DNA of 20,528 nucleotides from a virus (Duplodnaviria; Heunggongvirae; Uroviricota; Caudoviricetes): IMG/VR virus record IMGVR_UViG_2778261537_000015, positions 1 to 20,528 of that record; one strand, 5' to 3'. Shown piece by piece: positions 19,596 to 20,528 of this stretch (position 1 is its first letter; each line of letters starts with the position of its first letter). The notes under the pieces were generated by a model. It saw only the letters and a program-made list of their open reading frames with translations, ran no database searches and was not told where the DNA came from. The position numbers and the translations under genes were made by a program.

Positions 19596-20528
19596 TTATG
19601 CTGGGTTTTTATCATTTTTCTTAATGTTTTCCGCACGTTCTGCTTTTTGGCGTGCTTCTGCTTTACGCTTGTTGCTCATGTCGTTACGAATCTGTGCATG
19701 ACTCATTAACGCGAAGATAAAGGTGCCGCCGCAGATGTTCCCCGCTAAAGTAGGTAGTGCGAAGGGCCAGATGAAATCGCTCCAGTGCAGCGTGCCGTTA
19801 AACACCAGATAGAGGATTTCAACAGAACCGACAACGATGTGGGTGGTGTCACCCAGTGCAATAAGCCAGGTCATCAATATAATCACCACAATCTTTGCCG
19901 CACCCGCAGCAGGAAACATCCAAACCATAGTGGCGATCAGCCAGCCGGAAATGATCGCGTTGGCAAACATCTCGCTGGGGGTGTTCTTCATCACATCCAT
20001 GCCGATTTTGACAAATGCATCGCGAGTTTCTTCATTGAAGATAGGCATATATTCAAATGCCCATGCAGCAATACCTGTCCCGAGAATATTACCCAGCAGC
20101 ACGACGCCCCATAATCGCATAAGTAAGCCGACGTTGCTCATTGTCGGTTTTTGCATGACGGGTAGTACCGCAGTCACGGTGTTTTCGGTAAATAATTGCT
20201 GGCGGGCCATAATGACGATAATAAAACCAAAGGTATAACCGAGATTCTCCAGTAAGAAGCTGCCTGGCACTCCTTCCAGTTCGACATGAAATATCCCTTT
20301 TGCCAGTAGCGAAGCGCCCATCGACAGACCCGCCGCAATGGCTGACCACAGTAGCGCCATTGCGTCGCGTTCCAGCTCTTTTTCACCATCCTGGCGGATA
20401 TGCTCATGAATTGCCATCGCCCGGGAGGGGAGTCGGTCTTCATCTATTTCTATTTTTTTGCCGCGCTCTTTTTCTTCGCTCTCAACTTCAATTTCGTCGC
20501 TGTGTTGATCAATTTTGTCGTTGTCCAT
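19596..20528 (-). CDS. yfdC: Formate/nitrite transporter family inner membrane protein YfdC, 310 aa
   Basis: Protein MDNDKIDQHSDEIEVESEEKERGKK...AERAENIKKNDKNPA matches my memory of K-12 YfdC. It has multiple TM helices and is the known neighbour of argW. Confidence 0.85.
   Translation of the reverse strand: MDNDKIDQHSDEIEVESEEKERGKKIEIDEDRLPSRAMAIHEHIRQDGEKELERDAMALLWSAIAAGLSMGASLLAKGIFHVELEGVPGSFLLENLGYTFGFIIVIMARQQLFTENTVTAVLPVMQKPTMSNVGLLMRLWGVVLLGNILGTGIAAWAFEYMPIFNEETRDAFVKIGMDVMKNTPSEMFANAIISGWLIATMVWMFPAAGAAKIVVIILMTWLIALGDTTHIVVGSVEILYLVFNGTLHWSDFIWPFALPTLAGNICGGTFIFALMSHAQIRNDMSNKRKAEARQKAERAENIKKNDKNPA

Noticed and set aside
19785..20443. Plus- and minus-strand ORFs of 86-133 aa inside yfdC
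   Set aside because: They are alternative-frame or antisense shadows of the well-recognised 310-aa yfdC gene.
1..20528. Scan for CRISPR arrays, rRNA, IS elements or transposases, additional tRNAs, and known defence signatures (RM, Abi nucleases, TIR, STAND ATPases, retron RT)
   Set aside because: None was seen by eye. There are no regularly spaced repeats, no transposase-like ORF or terminal inverted repeats, and only one complete cloverleaf (argW). This is a manual scan, so small or divergent elements could have been missed.

Overview
E. coli-type chromosome around tRNA-Arg(CCU) argW. Core genes flank the window: cscB (sucrose permease, 1-1248) on the left, and argW (19446-19520, minus) plus yfdC (19596-20528, minus) on the right. 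Between them is a ~17.8-kb integrative element (1689-19460). It is bounded by a 15-bp direct repeat, TGGTGTCCCCTGCAG, whose right copy is the 3' end of argW. The element has the KplE1/CPS-53 recombination module: an IntS-type integrase next to the tRNA, the TorI excisionase at the far end, and clustered (A/T)TTTTACCC repeats in both arms. Its cargo differs from what I recall of the K-12 copy. (i) A short leftward block of lambdoid early accessory genes (Ead/Ea22-DUF551, a small membrane protein, ASCH, a 55-aa ORF). (ii) A deletion scar at about 3600-3650, where two 5'-truncated genes sit back to back. (iii) A complete, tightly coupled 14-gene contractile-tail module (3725-18039). There are no head, terminase, lysis, replication or immC genes. 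(iv) A 3.3-kb AT-richer accessory insert (8568-11837) splits the tail module between the tape measure and the baseplate genes. It encodes a secreted 152-aa protein, a P63C-domain protein, and a P22 immI-like cassette (Mnt-like RHH, Arc-like RHH, Ant antirepressor). The most interesting candidate for something undescribed is this insert, especially the convergent P63C/RHH pair at the window centre and the orphan antirepressor. No CRISPR array, rRNA, or IS/transposase was seen. All homology calls are from motif recognition and memory, not from searches.
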